A DNA stretch of 54,707 nucleotides, the filler included, from Sphacelaria rigidula (taxonomy: Eukaryota): the NCBI GenBank assembly GCA_964200075.2. It is 5 parts of 5 records of this genome, joined end to end, with 100 filler letters (N's around TTAATTAATTAA, not from the genome) between each part and the next. Parts side by side here need not be neighbours in the genome. Positions count along the whole stretch, not along the records: positions 32,888 to 43,748 come from CAXNAA020005778.1; positions 43,849 to 54,707 come from CAXNAA020005779.1; 3 more parts are not named here. The stretch is one strand, 5' to 3'. Below are positions 37,238 to 49,631 of the stretch, piece after piece. Numbering within the stretch: the first letter of the stretch is position 1; every line of letters starts with the position of its first letter. Made by a program: the position numbers and the translations under genes. A model generated the notes under the pieces. That model was not told the origin of the DNA. It saw only the letters and a program-made list of their open reading frames with translations, and searched no databases.

Positions 37238-39351
37238 CTACAACTTCACATTTGCACATTCCGTCGCCTCCCCGTACTCCACATCACACACAGCAAGTTG
37301 GCAGGATAACACCGCTAGAGAACCACGAAGCCGCCTCGTATTCTCCTCACCACTGACATGGCTCGATCTACTACTGCCACTGGCTACTCTTTGATCACTG
37401 GAAAGGGTATCGCTTTTGCTACGCTGTCTCGACCCCTCCTGAGTGCCGGCATAAGAAGGGGCTGTCAATTCCACCTTCATCCCTGCCCCTGCCGTCCCCT
37501 TCAAGGATATTTCATTATACCCCAAGCATGGGTGTCCTGAGATCACCGACGGCACTGTCCCACCCTGCCCGGGAGGGAGGTCTACACAATGATGAGCACC
37601 AACACCGTGGCTTGCACCAGAATCCAAGTAGGTAGCGCGGGTGCGTTTGGATCCCCGTGCATCAGCATCGCCACCACTGTCACCCTCCGTCGAGCTGTGG
37701 CTAGAGGTGCCCGCACCCGTGGTGAGCCCTGCTGAGACGGTTACTCTGGCCGAGTAGTGTCCAGCAGCATACCGTCGGCAAACGCTTACCGTACCGACGC
37801 CGTGCTTCTTGCAGATACCCCATTCGGAACAGCCCTCCTGCCCGCGCTTGTTATCCACCGAATCCACCACATCCAGCATTCCCTCTGTGGCATGCTGAGG
37901 AAAGGCCTGCGTCTTCTTGCTTCCGGCTGCACCATACGACGGACACTGAGGGGAGTCCGCGCGGCCGCACATCTTTTGCACCTCGCTCGTGATTCCGGCC
38001 GTGGCATGGTGGGAGCAGAACTGCGCATTCGTGTTTCCTGCCACGCCCAAAGGACGCTTTCGGCAGTGCTTGTGAGCGCATCGCCTGTCCTTCACATTCA
38101 CCATTCCCGGCCGCGCATGCTTGGGGCAGAAATCTCCCTTCTTACTTCCGGCTATGCCATACCACGCGCGCTTGGAGCAGCCCTTGTGGCCGCACGTCTC
38201 AGCCCTTACGTTAACCATTCGCGGCGACGCATGCTGGGAGCAGAACTCCACTTTCGTGGTTCTGGCTACACCATACAGCGGATGGCGAGAGCAGCCCTCG
38301 TGGCCACACCTCCTATTCACCACATTCATCATTTCCGCCGTGGCATGCTGTGAGCAGAACTCCGCGTTCTTGCTTCCACCTACACCGTGCGACGGGCGCT
38401 TCGAGCAGTCCTCGTGGCCGCAAGGTTTGTGCTGTATATTCATCATTCTCGGCCACGCATGCTCGGGATAAAACTCTTTTTTCGTGCTTCCGGCTACACC
38501 GTACGACGGATGCTTGGAGCAGCCCTCGTGGCCACACCTGTTGCCCTGTACGCGCACCATTTCCGGCAACGCATGTTTGGAGCAGAATCCCGCCTTTTCG
38601 CTTCCCGCTGAACCAAAACACGGACGCTTGAAGCAGCCCTCGTGGCCACATCTGTTGCCTTTTACGGGCACCATTTCCGGAGGAGCATGCTTGGAGCAGA
38701 ACTCTGCCTTTTTACCTACCGCTACACCATGTGACGGACGCTTGAAGCAGGACTCGCGGCCGCACCTGTTGTGCAACACAGGCATCATACATACCAAGAG
38801 CAGGCATGCTGGAAGCAGAACTCCGGCTTCTTGTTTCCAGCTACACCGTACGACGAATGCGTAGAGCAGCCCTCGCGACTGCACCTCCTACTTCTAATCA
38901 CGCTCATCATACCAGGAGGAGCATGCTGGGAGTAGAACTCCGGCTTCTTGCTTCCCGCTGCGCCATAACTCGGACGCTTGAAGCAGCGTTCGTGGCCGCA
39001 CCTCCTGGTCACGACATTCGCCACACCACGAGGAGCATGCTGGACGAAGAACTCCGGCTTCTTGCTTCCCGCTGCGCCATAACTCGTGAGCTTGAAGCAG
39101 CTTTCGTGGCCGCACCTGCTGTCGACATACACCATTTCCGGAGGAGTATGCTGAGAGCAAAACACCGTCTTCTCGCTCCCAATTACGCCGTGCGACTGAT
39201 ACTTGGAGCAGCCCTCATGGCCGCACCTCTTGCTCACCACGTCCACCATACCCGGCGACGCATCCTGGGAGCAGAACTCTGCCTTTTGACCCCGTAGGCC
39301 GCACCGTGGCCGCTTGGAGCACCCGTCGTTGCTGCACTCTTCCTTTGCCAC
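37238..39351 (-). pseudogene. EsV-1-7 cysteine-rich repeat protein, intronless, ~13-14 repeats, frameshifted at ~38770-38800 (probable pseudogene)
   Basis: Repeats of CGHEGCSKRPSYGVAGSKKAEFCSQHAxxGMVNV (C-x4-C...C-x2-H). Five repeats in ORF 39351-38785 and 8-9 in ORF 38884-37238, in different frames. No ATG before the first repeat, and an in-frame TAG lies just upstream. Confidence 0.85.
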
Positions 39352-42300
39352 GTCGGCAATGAGCTACTCCGTGGCATCGTGGTGCTTTGTCGACAACAGA
39401 CTGCTCAAGGTAGCACGATTGCCAAACACGTCGGAGCGGGTATTGCAAGCTGAAGGTTGAACCTAGTAGACATGGTTAACAAACGAATGGGATCTTTGTT
39501 AGGCCGGGCTTCGTCGGCAAAACAAGAACGACGTTCCAACATCACATCCGCTTGTGGTTGGTCGCAGCGATACTACCCCGCGACATAGAGTTCATGCTCG
39601 AACGTGATTCTTGGTCTCGGGAACGTGATCTGTGAAATCTCTTGTAAAGCGTGCAATCTTACGGGCTGCGAGGAGGGGTTGCGAGGAGAACATGTCTACT
39701 ACGAGAACATGAGAGTCCGGCACAAGCATTGCACAAGCACCGCATGGTAATCCTGACGCCGTCGACACACGCGCCGCATCCCACTTCTCGTGAAGTATAT
39801 ATACAGACCCATTCGACTGATTGGATACCGAACGACCCCGCGGGTCTGGCACCTCGAATCTGGGCGAGACATTGGCAGAAACGGAGAAAGGGCTATCTCA
39901 AACGCACCATGCCGGATACAGGAACCGCTACCTACGGAATATTTCCACCCTCGGGGCCTGCTGCGTCAACCGTACTAACAACTGGCATTACGCCGAACGC
40001 CTGGTGGCGGGGTTACGAGGCGGGCACACTGTTAAGGCGGGACAAATCATATTGTCAACGGTTCTTCAAATATTGCAGGGGTTGAACGAACAGTGATTTC
40101 TCTTAAAATTGCTTGCTCTTGCTGTATTTGATTCGGATCGTATCAATCAATCCTTGAGGTTTGATTTCAGTGTTGCACCCCACGTATGACGCGCACCCTA
40201 GACACCTGGAACAGCGCAAAAATTGCGTAGAAACTTACTTGACCCGGAGTCAACTTTTCTCTCGATCAACCAGACCCCAAAATCGTAGGTTTGGTGATTC
40301 GAACCAGCGATGATTCGCCCGACCCTTGCAAAGTTGTCAATCGTTCGGCTAGGCTGCGTCCCGGTGCATGGCTCATCGCTTTACATAATCTTTTGTCAGT
40401 TCTTGCTATGTCCGACTCACAATGACACCCAAAACTGGCCGTTTTGGGCCGAGTTACATTTACAAATGAGGCGCTTCGTCCCGATTAGAAATGCCCGTAT
40501 CACATGAGAAAACTGGAATGGCAGGAGCAACCTGTATTTAAACAAAGTTACGTCACATGCAACTTCATCCCAACAAGCAGAAACCTAACGCCCCAAATAT
40601 CTTCAGCAAGCAAGACATCCTCGACAATATGGCGCCACCGAGTGGAAAGAAGTGAAACATGGCTATAGCAAAAGGCATAATGCACATGCGCATGCCACGA
40701 AACACAATGCGCATCATGACGATATCCACACGTACCCAGCCGTGGAGGTAGATCGGACGTATCCATCAATGTGCGAAAACGCCCAGTGCTAGAACAGAAC
40801 GGGCCACAGGTCAGGGCCAATATTTTAGAGGAACATTGTGCACGATGGCATGAATTTTGCAGTTGAAAAACGAAAAAAGAGCATGCACGTGCAGGCTGGG
40901 GCATACAGTCATTGCCGATGCTCAAATATAACATGGAAGCGATACTGTTCGTATCATGGCTTGGGAGAAATGTCACGATGACAGTCATATGTAGCGAGGT
41001 AGGGACCAGCACGCGAGTCAACGCGAGCCTCATTTACTACAGGTCTCCTACGTGGACTCCGTTTGCCATCTACATGCATCGCGGATACTGACAACGAAAT
41101 TCCCTACCGCAAGTGTCCTGAGTACGAGATGCTCCAGAACCTTGACTTCGAGGGGAGAAACGCTGTTGCGAATGTCTGTGGAACACCACATGGTACCCAC
41201 ACATACTGACACTGGACCAAGATGGGATCGTTCACAGAGATGCTCGCGGACGTGTTTTCGCGTGAGCTGCCCTGTGCACTGTATGCTACGGCACAGTAGA
41301 AATGATTTGCCCGTTTTCCGTCTCGGGGCGTTCGCCGCATCTTGGGTTTGATGAGTACAACCTTGACTATCTTTGCAGTCACAGTCACCGACGGGGAGAC
41401 GACACGAGCATTACAGTAGGACGCAATGCAACATTTCCTGCGAATAACCACCGCTTCTGCCAGCAAAACCGTAACCTGTTTGCATGTGCTGCGGTATTGC
41501 ATTCACTGCACAGCCACCGTATCCTGGTAGACTGTACCAGCAGCGTATCGCACCCTGCAGTACTTGAAAAATCATATGCTACCCCTACAGCTACTACACA
41601 AACCTGTCCCCTACACTCCGTGCAGCACCCTTCACCAACAACGGAAGGTCGTGGCGAAAGTGTCGGACTAGGGACAAGGCTGATGACTGAAGAGCACAAA
41701 CGTTGTTCACACTTGTTACACGCCGCGTGAGTGGTAACAATGCACACAAATATCGAAGATGGAACACACATTGAAATTACGAATGCACGTCATCATTCAT
41801 TTGAGATTTGTTTTGTACACCTCTTACAGGACCAGAAATGTATGGACGACAACCATCGCCGCTGACGGTGGAGGGCGGGACGGACAGGAGAGACGGTTCG
41901 AACCTAATGTACAGTACCACCACACTTGTTCATATCGTTGGGAACCACATCCCACGTCATCATGCACCATGGCCCGCGAAGTCAACTCAAGAGGGACAGA
42001 ACTGGCGCGTAGATGCGCGCGTTTGATGTCTGAACTAGCTTTGCAAACTGCGAGTCGGCGTGTGAAAGCAACGGTCAGGGGTTCTAGGGGTTCCGGGAGT
42101 TCTGGAGAGAGAGATTGTGCGACATCAGTTCGTCCAGTGCTACACAGGAGTATCTCCCACGTGGCACATGCTACTTCAGTTTCCTCAAAATCGTAGCCAA
42201 CGGACTCCGGAATTTTTAGGAGGACGCATAGATCTCACGGGAGCAACAGTCTGGCGATAACAATCGAAAACCTACATGACTTCCGTACCACACCGACTGG

Positions 42301-42719
42301 AGAAGTTTGGACGGGCGAACAGTGCCCCATTAAACATGCGCTTCATAGATGTGTAGAAGGCTCGCCATTCCTCCGCACGACCGCATGATCCTGGGAGGAA
42401 TTTCTGGGAGTTTCGCAGCGGGTGATCGAACTCATGTGGATGTTTCATGATATCATGCGATTTCGGGTACAGCTGGATAATGGCAAACTATTATAGTGGT
42501 TCCACGCTTGCCAGGTACTTGGGCAAGGGTGTGCTACGTCCCCGTTACTGTCCGAAACCTTCGGCTCAGGATTGGTCAAATTAAGCTTACGGCGTTTCGC
42601 AGCAAATTCGGTCATCGTCTCAGACATCGTGTATCTAGATAGTGCGCCACAAAGTTAGGATGCTGAACCCCTGGAAGAGACACCGGTCGAGAGAGAGCAA
42701 CGAGAGGGTGCAACGCGCG

Positions 42720-43010
42720 GAACAAAACGGCGGTAGTGGAAGCTGCGCGGTACGGATTTCTTCCAGGGACGCTGCACTCAAAGGACTTCGAAAACCTCCG
42801 CTCTGCCCACAAGTCTTCACTGCGAGCACTCGGCTTCGGAGGAAGGATCGCACGGGATGCGAACGTCTCTCATACAAAGCTGTGCTTGAGATGATCAATT
42901 GCAAGCGTATCGAGACGACCCATCGCAAGCGTCAGCTCTGGTTCGCGGAAGCCCTTTTTCAGCAGGACGCAAGCATGCCTTCCGAAGCATCATATTCAGA
43001 CGGTTGGCCA
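42720..43010 (+). mobile_element. Non-LTR retrotransposon (RTE-like LINE) 3' ORF remnant
   Basis: Translates across a frameshift as VVEAARYGFLPGTLHSKDFENLRSAHKSSLRALGF/RRKDRTGCERLSYKAVLEMINCKRIETTHRKRQLWFAEAL, the post-RT region pattern of RTE LINEs (LYG..W...H.+LLR++G...+ET.+RKR.L.F/WAG). Confidence 0.75.
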
Positions 43011-43748
43011 TAGTCAGGGCCCCACGAGGCTGGCCGACCTTCCAAAGCCAAGGGGGTACTCATTATCTTGAATGCCGTAGTCAAAGGACCATTGACCTCG
43101 CATTCCTATAAAGACGAGAAGGAGCACGCCGGGGCTTCGCCGAACGAGGCCTGCAATCACGAAGCGCGAAGCGCCGGGATGTGTCCGGATAGTCGAATGA
43201 AGGGTGAGCTGCGTCTCACCAAGATTCTTCGGCACAAAGGGTACTGATTATCTTCCATATGGATAACAGCTTTGGGTGAGTTGTTTCAGTTTTTGATATC
43301 GCAACTTCTAGAGACAGCCACGGGTCTCATGGGTATCTCACCAGTCAAATAATACGTGGTACGATCCCCTTTGCGTGGGGTGCAGGCTCTCCAATCCTCG
43401 CAACTTTATACAGCTCAGACAAAATCATGCTAACCGCAAGAAAAACTGTAACCTGATTGCCTAGCTTACGCAGCCAGTGGCGTGCTTTGTTGCATCGTTG
43501 CCAACCGACGCCAACCCCCAGAAGTCCACTGGGAGGACGGGGGGGGGCTCCGGGAGAGCCCGCGTGCGCTAGGGGCTGTCCCAGGGAGGGGAAGACCCAG
43601 GAGAAGGTTCGTCTACGGTATGGAGGTCAACGACCCGAAAGCGTGGGTCACTCCCTTGACAAACGTGGGCAAACGGCACCTGGGGGGGGGCGTACTCATT
43701 TGTTGCTTGCCTTAGTCGTTTGACATTTGACCACGCATCCCTTTCGAG

Positions 43749-43848
43749 NNNNNNNNNNNNNNNNNNNNNNNNNNNNNNNNNNNNNNNNNNNNTTAATTAA
43801 TTAANNNNNNNNNNNNNNNNNNNNNNNNNNNNNNNNNNNNNNNNNNNN
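43749..43848. other. Artificial contig linker
   Basis: N-TTAATTAATTAA-N, 100 bp. Confidence 0.97.
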
Positions 43849-44898
43849 TTACTCATTTGCTGCTTGCCTTGATCGTTTGGCCATTGACCACGCATCCCTT
43901 TAAAGATGGATCAGGGAGGGCGGGGGAGGGGAGGGGAGGAAATTATTGCGTCGGGCTCAGGTTTCACACAATTTCAGACCTACGGTTGACTTGGCAACAG
44001 TCCATGTATTTGAGTGAAGGATGGGAGAATGGCTTCGGCTGTGAGAAGTACATGAATTCTCCTCCAGCGACCGTCTCGGTGTATCAACCTTGCATTCGTC
44101 TGTCTAATGACCACGGCCGGATTCGTTACGGAGCAGTTGATGTGTGCCAATCTTTCCTCTTCTGTTTGCCTTTTTTTTTCATATGTTTTGTTTCGTTTTC
44201 TAGTGTTCGTTTCTCAGTTCATCCCGTCCAGTTTTTTTTTCCCCACGTTTCTTATTCTTGCGCGAGCGTTTCCACGTTTTTTTACCTTGGGTACGTTTGT
44301 CTTGTGGATAATAACTGTGACTGCCCCTTGGTGATCAGCTGATATGCGAGAATCAATCAACCCATCCAATTGATTCGACTCGAAATGGACAACGAGGCGA
44401 GAAAACGGAACACATTACTATACGACCTCGAGCCTGTCGTCGCCGTGTGTCCTTGTATACCACGTTCCAGATCTCAATATATGGTGATTTTCAAGTGAAA
44501 AGTCATTGTTTTTTTTATTATTCTGCTTGACTTCGCGGATCAAGAGGAAGCGATGGGCTATATCTCCTTTTTTGTCCGAATGGTCGCCTGCAGCACCGGA
44601 TCTTCTGGAGTTCTTCATGCTTCTTCTTTTTATTCTGTAGCGTCTGTGTTAAGTTTTCTGTGTCCATTTTTTGTTCACATCATCTTCCTTATGCCGTATT
44701 TTGGGTACTTCGCCTGTGACCACGGAAGGCGTCCGCATCAGATGCCCAGTACGGAAGGTAGAAGGTACTGCGCAGAAATCGAAACTTTTTTCAATGCGAA
44801 GACAACAACAGTCAGTCTATGTGGGCTCACTCCGATCACGAGCTGTTGATGTGATGCTCCTATTGCTCTCTTGCCAAAAATGATCTGTTACAGTCTGA

Positions 44899-45161
44899 GA
44901 GTCGTGCTATGACAAGGGTGGGGGGGCGTGTTTGATTCCGTGAAAAAAAGGCTAATAGGTGTATCGGGCGAGCTGACACACTCGCGGTGCGCTTGTATTT
45001 GGGTAAGAAAGGTTTCAATCATGAACTAGCATTATTTCATCGATAACAAGCGCGTTCAAACAGCCGTCGCTGAATTCGACGACGATTTGATATGGAATTT
45101 CGTAGAAAAAATGACCTAAATATCCCCCCTCCCCCTCCCCCCCCCTATCGTAGCATAACTC
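44899..45161. mobile_element. MITE, copy 1 (TIR ~GAGTCATGCTACGATAGGG)
   Basis: gagtcgtgctatgacaagggtggg...cccctatcgtagcataactc; internal sequence (gacacactcgcggtgc, agcgcgttc, cgacgattt, aaatatcccc) is shared with copy 2. Confidence 0.7.
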
Positions 45162-47142
45162 GTAGGTGCTGGCCAAGGAGTTCCTTTTTACGGCGATAAG
45201 ATTACACCCATTCGGTTGACGTGCGTGAGACGACAGAAAAGGAAGATTGTGGGAGAATGACGTCAATTTTATCTTTAGTCTGCTGGTTCGGCTGAAGTGT
45301 CACGAGTTCGTCTCGCTACAGTATGGATCATTTAGTGATTTTCTTCAGATTTGTCTTGTCCTTTGTACAGGCTGGTTCATGCTCATCACCCCAAATTGTG
45401 TCATCAGCAAATGCCTTTTGCAATACCTACCCAATAGTCGCATACATGGCATCATACTGACCGCCATGGACAGGTGAAGAGCGTGGCATAGCCGGATTTG
45501 TGTGTAAGGCCATTGTGGTAGCGCTAAGGGCGAAAAGGTATATTCACCAATCAGCACCCGCCAAATTGTTCCGAGATCGAAATTACGGATTCCAAGCCCA
45601 ATTTTCACCCAATATCTTCATGCTTGAAATCGATGTAACTGTCATCGGCTCGGGAATCTAACAAAAATACATATTTTGAACCGGTTACTGCGGGGGTCGA
45701 ATAATATCCGAAACCGTTATGTTTCGGTGATGTCGGGTGTTAGCGTCGTCTGATTTCCACTCATGATACGCACGAAAGGCCCAGGGAGCCTCCTGACGGT
45801 GTCCCCTTTATCCGTTGAAGAAAAGTTCAGATCGCCCTCAAACTTGGCAGTTCCGCAGGTATTCATGCTCGAAATGGGAAAATTGGCTCACCTCCCACAG
45901 ATGGGGGTAAGTCAAAGTAATGTGAAATATCTTCGCGCGAAACGCGATTATGGCAAAGCGTTTGAGAATCGCCTCTGGGCAAAAATCGAGGACCCACCCG
46001 AAATCAGGGAAAGAACTATCGAATGGGACATGGCCTGTACCACTGTGCTGTAGCACAAACACACTCATGCTTTGTCTTGTGTGCTGTAGCTGTCGCTGAG
46101 CTGTGGCGTCTTCAGGCCTTTGTGGAGACGGTTTGATCTCCGCTGGGAGTGCCTGAGTTGCTTTTTATTGCCATTTTGTTAGTCTCTGAAAAATAATGTT
46201 GTCGGCACGCAGTGCTCTCCACACACCGTTGAAGCGTTCATGGTGTGTTGGCTGTTTCGCCTCGAGTCAAAGGAATAAGGCGCTCCCCAAACCCATCATT
46301 TCTACGCTGTAGTTCTGGCTGTGCTGTTGGGCATCTAAACACTCTACGACGATCACGGTGCGATGTGCACCGGAGAGTGCCTGAGCAGTTGTACTGCTGT
46401 ATGCCGTGTTTCGGGCTGCACAGAATTGGGGTGGGATCAAGGTGCTGTCGAAACAAAAAAAGGTTGAAACAATCGTCACGTGACGGCTGTACAGCTGTCT
46501 GTTGAGTCTTCTCTGGTACTTCAGTTATAGTCGGGTGCTGTGATCGGGGAAGACACGCCAGGCGGGTGCGTGCAGGTTGGGACAAACAAACTGAGCCAGC
46601 ACGGAGCTGCTGTATCCTCGTTTATTGACGGTAGCAGCTGTCTGTGTCGTATCGGCGCAATGTGTGGGCCAATCACAACTACTTTTTGACTCATTGTCCA
46701 CTCGTTTTTCTCATCTGATTGAAGTAAGGTCGCCGCATTTTGGTATATTTCAAGACTATGATTGTTCGAAAAATCTTTCCATTCATAATTCTGGCCCCTT
46801 TATGTTGGCCCAGTGCCCGAAAGTAAAGATAGACAGATGAAAAGCACATTTGTTGGCCCTCGTCGACAAGTGATACCGCGATAGCCCCCCGCAGAAAAGT
46901 GGCTAGTTTGAGGAGGCAAAACCTAGAAGACACAATGATAAAAGCGGAACACACCGAGCAGCTGGGATCTCACACTTGGAATAGTTTTCGCCGATGTCGC
47001 TCATATGGGGCGTTTCATGCAGTCTGGAACCAGCTGTCATGCATTGCACAGTATGGTCGTTTTCTTCTCGACAGTTTTGGGGCTGGTTTAGGGCGCGCGG
47101 GGGGGGGTTCATGGCATCACTCCAACATTTTTCGCGTCGAAG

Positions 47143-47374
47143 GAGTCACGCTACGATAGGAGGGGGGGAATGATTCCACGTAGAGGCGTGTCAGACGACC
47201 CGACACACTCGCGGTGCACTTTGTATGCGTAAAAAATGGTGTCGAGAAGTATGAACGAACGTTATTTATCCAGCGCGTTCGAACAACCGCTGCTGCTTTC
47301 AACGACGATTTTGAAGTGAAATTTCATGGCAGAAATATTCCAAATATCCCCCACCCCCTGTCGTTGCATCACTT
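47143..47374. mobile_element. MITE, copy 2 of the same family
   Basis: gagtcacgctacgatagggaggg...ccccctgtcgttgcatcactt. Confidence 0.7.
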
Positions 47375-48585
47375 GAAGATGACCAGGCGGCTACTATCAC
47401 CGCGGGATGACTTGCCCTACAGTACTTCAAGAGGATCCCGCCACATTTTGACGACTTATGCTGCTCGTTGTTTGACTCTGAGTCGGCGAGGAAAACATGC
47501 AAATCGTACACATCTTCCCATTAATAGTACATGCACGAGGGCTTGTACAATTTTGCTCGTTTTTCTCGCCGACCAAAAGTCAAGCTGCGAGCAACAGAAG
47601 TCGTCAGAGTGTGCCGAAATTCTCTTGAAGAATAGAGTAGATGAAGTGATTCCGCGGTGATATTATCCCCCTGGCCGTCTTTTCACACAGAAAATACTGC
47701 CAAAGGGTCAGACTGTGCAATTTTGATCGGTTTGCGTTTTTGGTCCCACAAGAAATGGTCTTGGTGTAGGATCCAAACAACAATATTCGGGTCCAACTCG
47801 AACCGTCCAAGGTACAACCCACACACGAACATACAGACACGGCCAACTATGAAGGAACATGAAATTGGGCCAGCGCTTAGTGTGTTGACCTTATACCCGC
47901 CTCAAGTTGATAGTTTTATTGGTCCACTTCTTGATTCTGTCAAGATTTACACGCTCATTTTTTCCCTTCACTTTTTATAGTCGAACTTCGGTGACAGGGC
48001 GAGTGTTGCGCTGTCGCCGGATTCTCGTCATCCGGTGCGTGAATGGTTATACTCATGTATAACGAATGCCTACACACTAAAGTACACATTTCCTTTACTT
48101 GGTTCCAAAAATCTGTACGATTCAAGCGTACTCTGATGCGCGGCAATGTTTGGCAACAAGTACAGGATAAGCCGCGTGAGGTGATCGGCTGCCGTGACTG
48201 CTGGCAAGCGGCTTCGAGCATGAACGTAAACCCCATCGTGCCTGGCGTGTAGCAACGTCGCGTACTTCTTCGCTTGCAAACGAATTTCAGTCGTTTTTTT
48301 TTTACTGTTTCTCACCTTGTGAATAACTTCGAGCTTCAAATATTGGGGGAAATTGTTGTCACTTCTTCAAAGAAATCAAACCTTTCTTTCATATATATAT
48401 ATATACATATACGTTACCGAATAGTGGGTGTGGCTTCTGTGACGTGAACAAGACAGCAAAGGGCGACGCCTTCAGAGGAATTTTCTTGAACATTATGATT
48501 ATAAACGCGGCAGAGAGCCGCCACAAGTCACGACACCTAGCCCTACTGCTGTAATATTGTAGGTAGAACGTCTTGTGCTGCACAT

Positions 48586-48624
<39 letters not shown>
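48586..48624. repeat. (CAG)n microsatellite
   Basis: About 12-13 perfect units. Confidence 0.9.
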
Positions 48625-49631
48625 TTTTACCGCGCGCGTTATTCATGCCGTACTGTGTAGTCTGCTGACAATGTGATGTCCTCGCTATATGCCGCAGTGC
48701 AGTACAGTTATAGGTGTACATGTTGGTTGATTATCACGTTCATTTTGAGCCAGAAATTGTCAAGAAGGGAAGCACGTGCAGGTAGGTCCTGGTATCGCAG
48801 CAACATATGAAGGCGCCGTTCTTTCAAACGCTTGCAGAGTAAACAGCATACTCTACCTATTGCTTCTCGTTCGCTAATAGGCACATTGGCAATACGCTTT
48901 ACGAAGTGACGGTGTAGTCGGACGGACCATACCAAGAGTAAAACAAACACATATTGTCTGAACGTCTTGTGCAGAAGATGAACGTAGCGAATTGCGAGCA
49001 AAAAATATCTGTTAAGCGTTTTGAGCCCACAGCTGGATGTGCATCAGGTCCTTCAGGGGTAAGGTACGGTTCGTGCTTGGTCGGGAAATGTAAATGCTCT
49101 GAGCGACTTGACGGAGTGACAGGCGTGAGGACCATTTACTGGCTGCACCTCCTAGCTATTCTCACAGAGGGTGATGCAGTGCCCGCGTGGGCTCGTACCG
49201 ACTACCATGACGCATCATTAATGAAAATGACACAAAGCATTGTTACCCCGAACCACCGTATGCCGAAGGTGTTCATTCGTTACAAAATGCAGACAGCAAC
49301 GCACATGCTTCAGACACGTTCACTTGGTGTCGACGGACTAGCTATAGTTTTACGCAATGTGGAGTTCCCTACCGGGGCTATTTCCCCTAAATACGGGATA
49401 ATCCAGATAAATACGTGTGAGGTAGCAAACTAGAAAAAATCGACGAAAAAACTGGCATCACTCCGAAATGGCCAAGCCACCATCTATTCAGAACGGCAAA
49501 TTTGTACCACGTAGCCAAACACCCTTTGTTGACCTCGGTATTTGCTCAATCCAGCGAGCGTGCACAACCTAGCCAGCTAACTAGTCATCATTTCTGCGTT
49601 GAACGAGCAGTCGCGATCGGAGAGCAGAGGA

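Noticed and set aside
37757-39297. Plus-strand repetitive ORFs (MLGAELR... repeats)
   Set aside because: Antisense shadows of the EsV-1-7 repeats.
43690-43905. Similar sequence on both sides of the fourth linker suggesting true adjacency
   Set aside because: The same motif (ttgaccacgcatcccttt) also begins contig 3 at 21927; it is a high-copy repeat at which contigs break.
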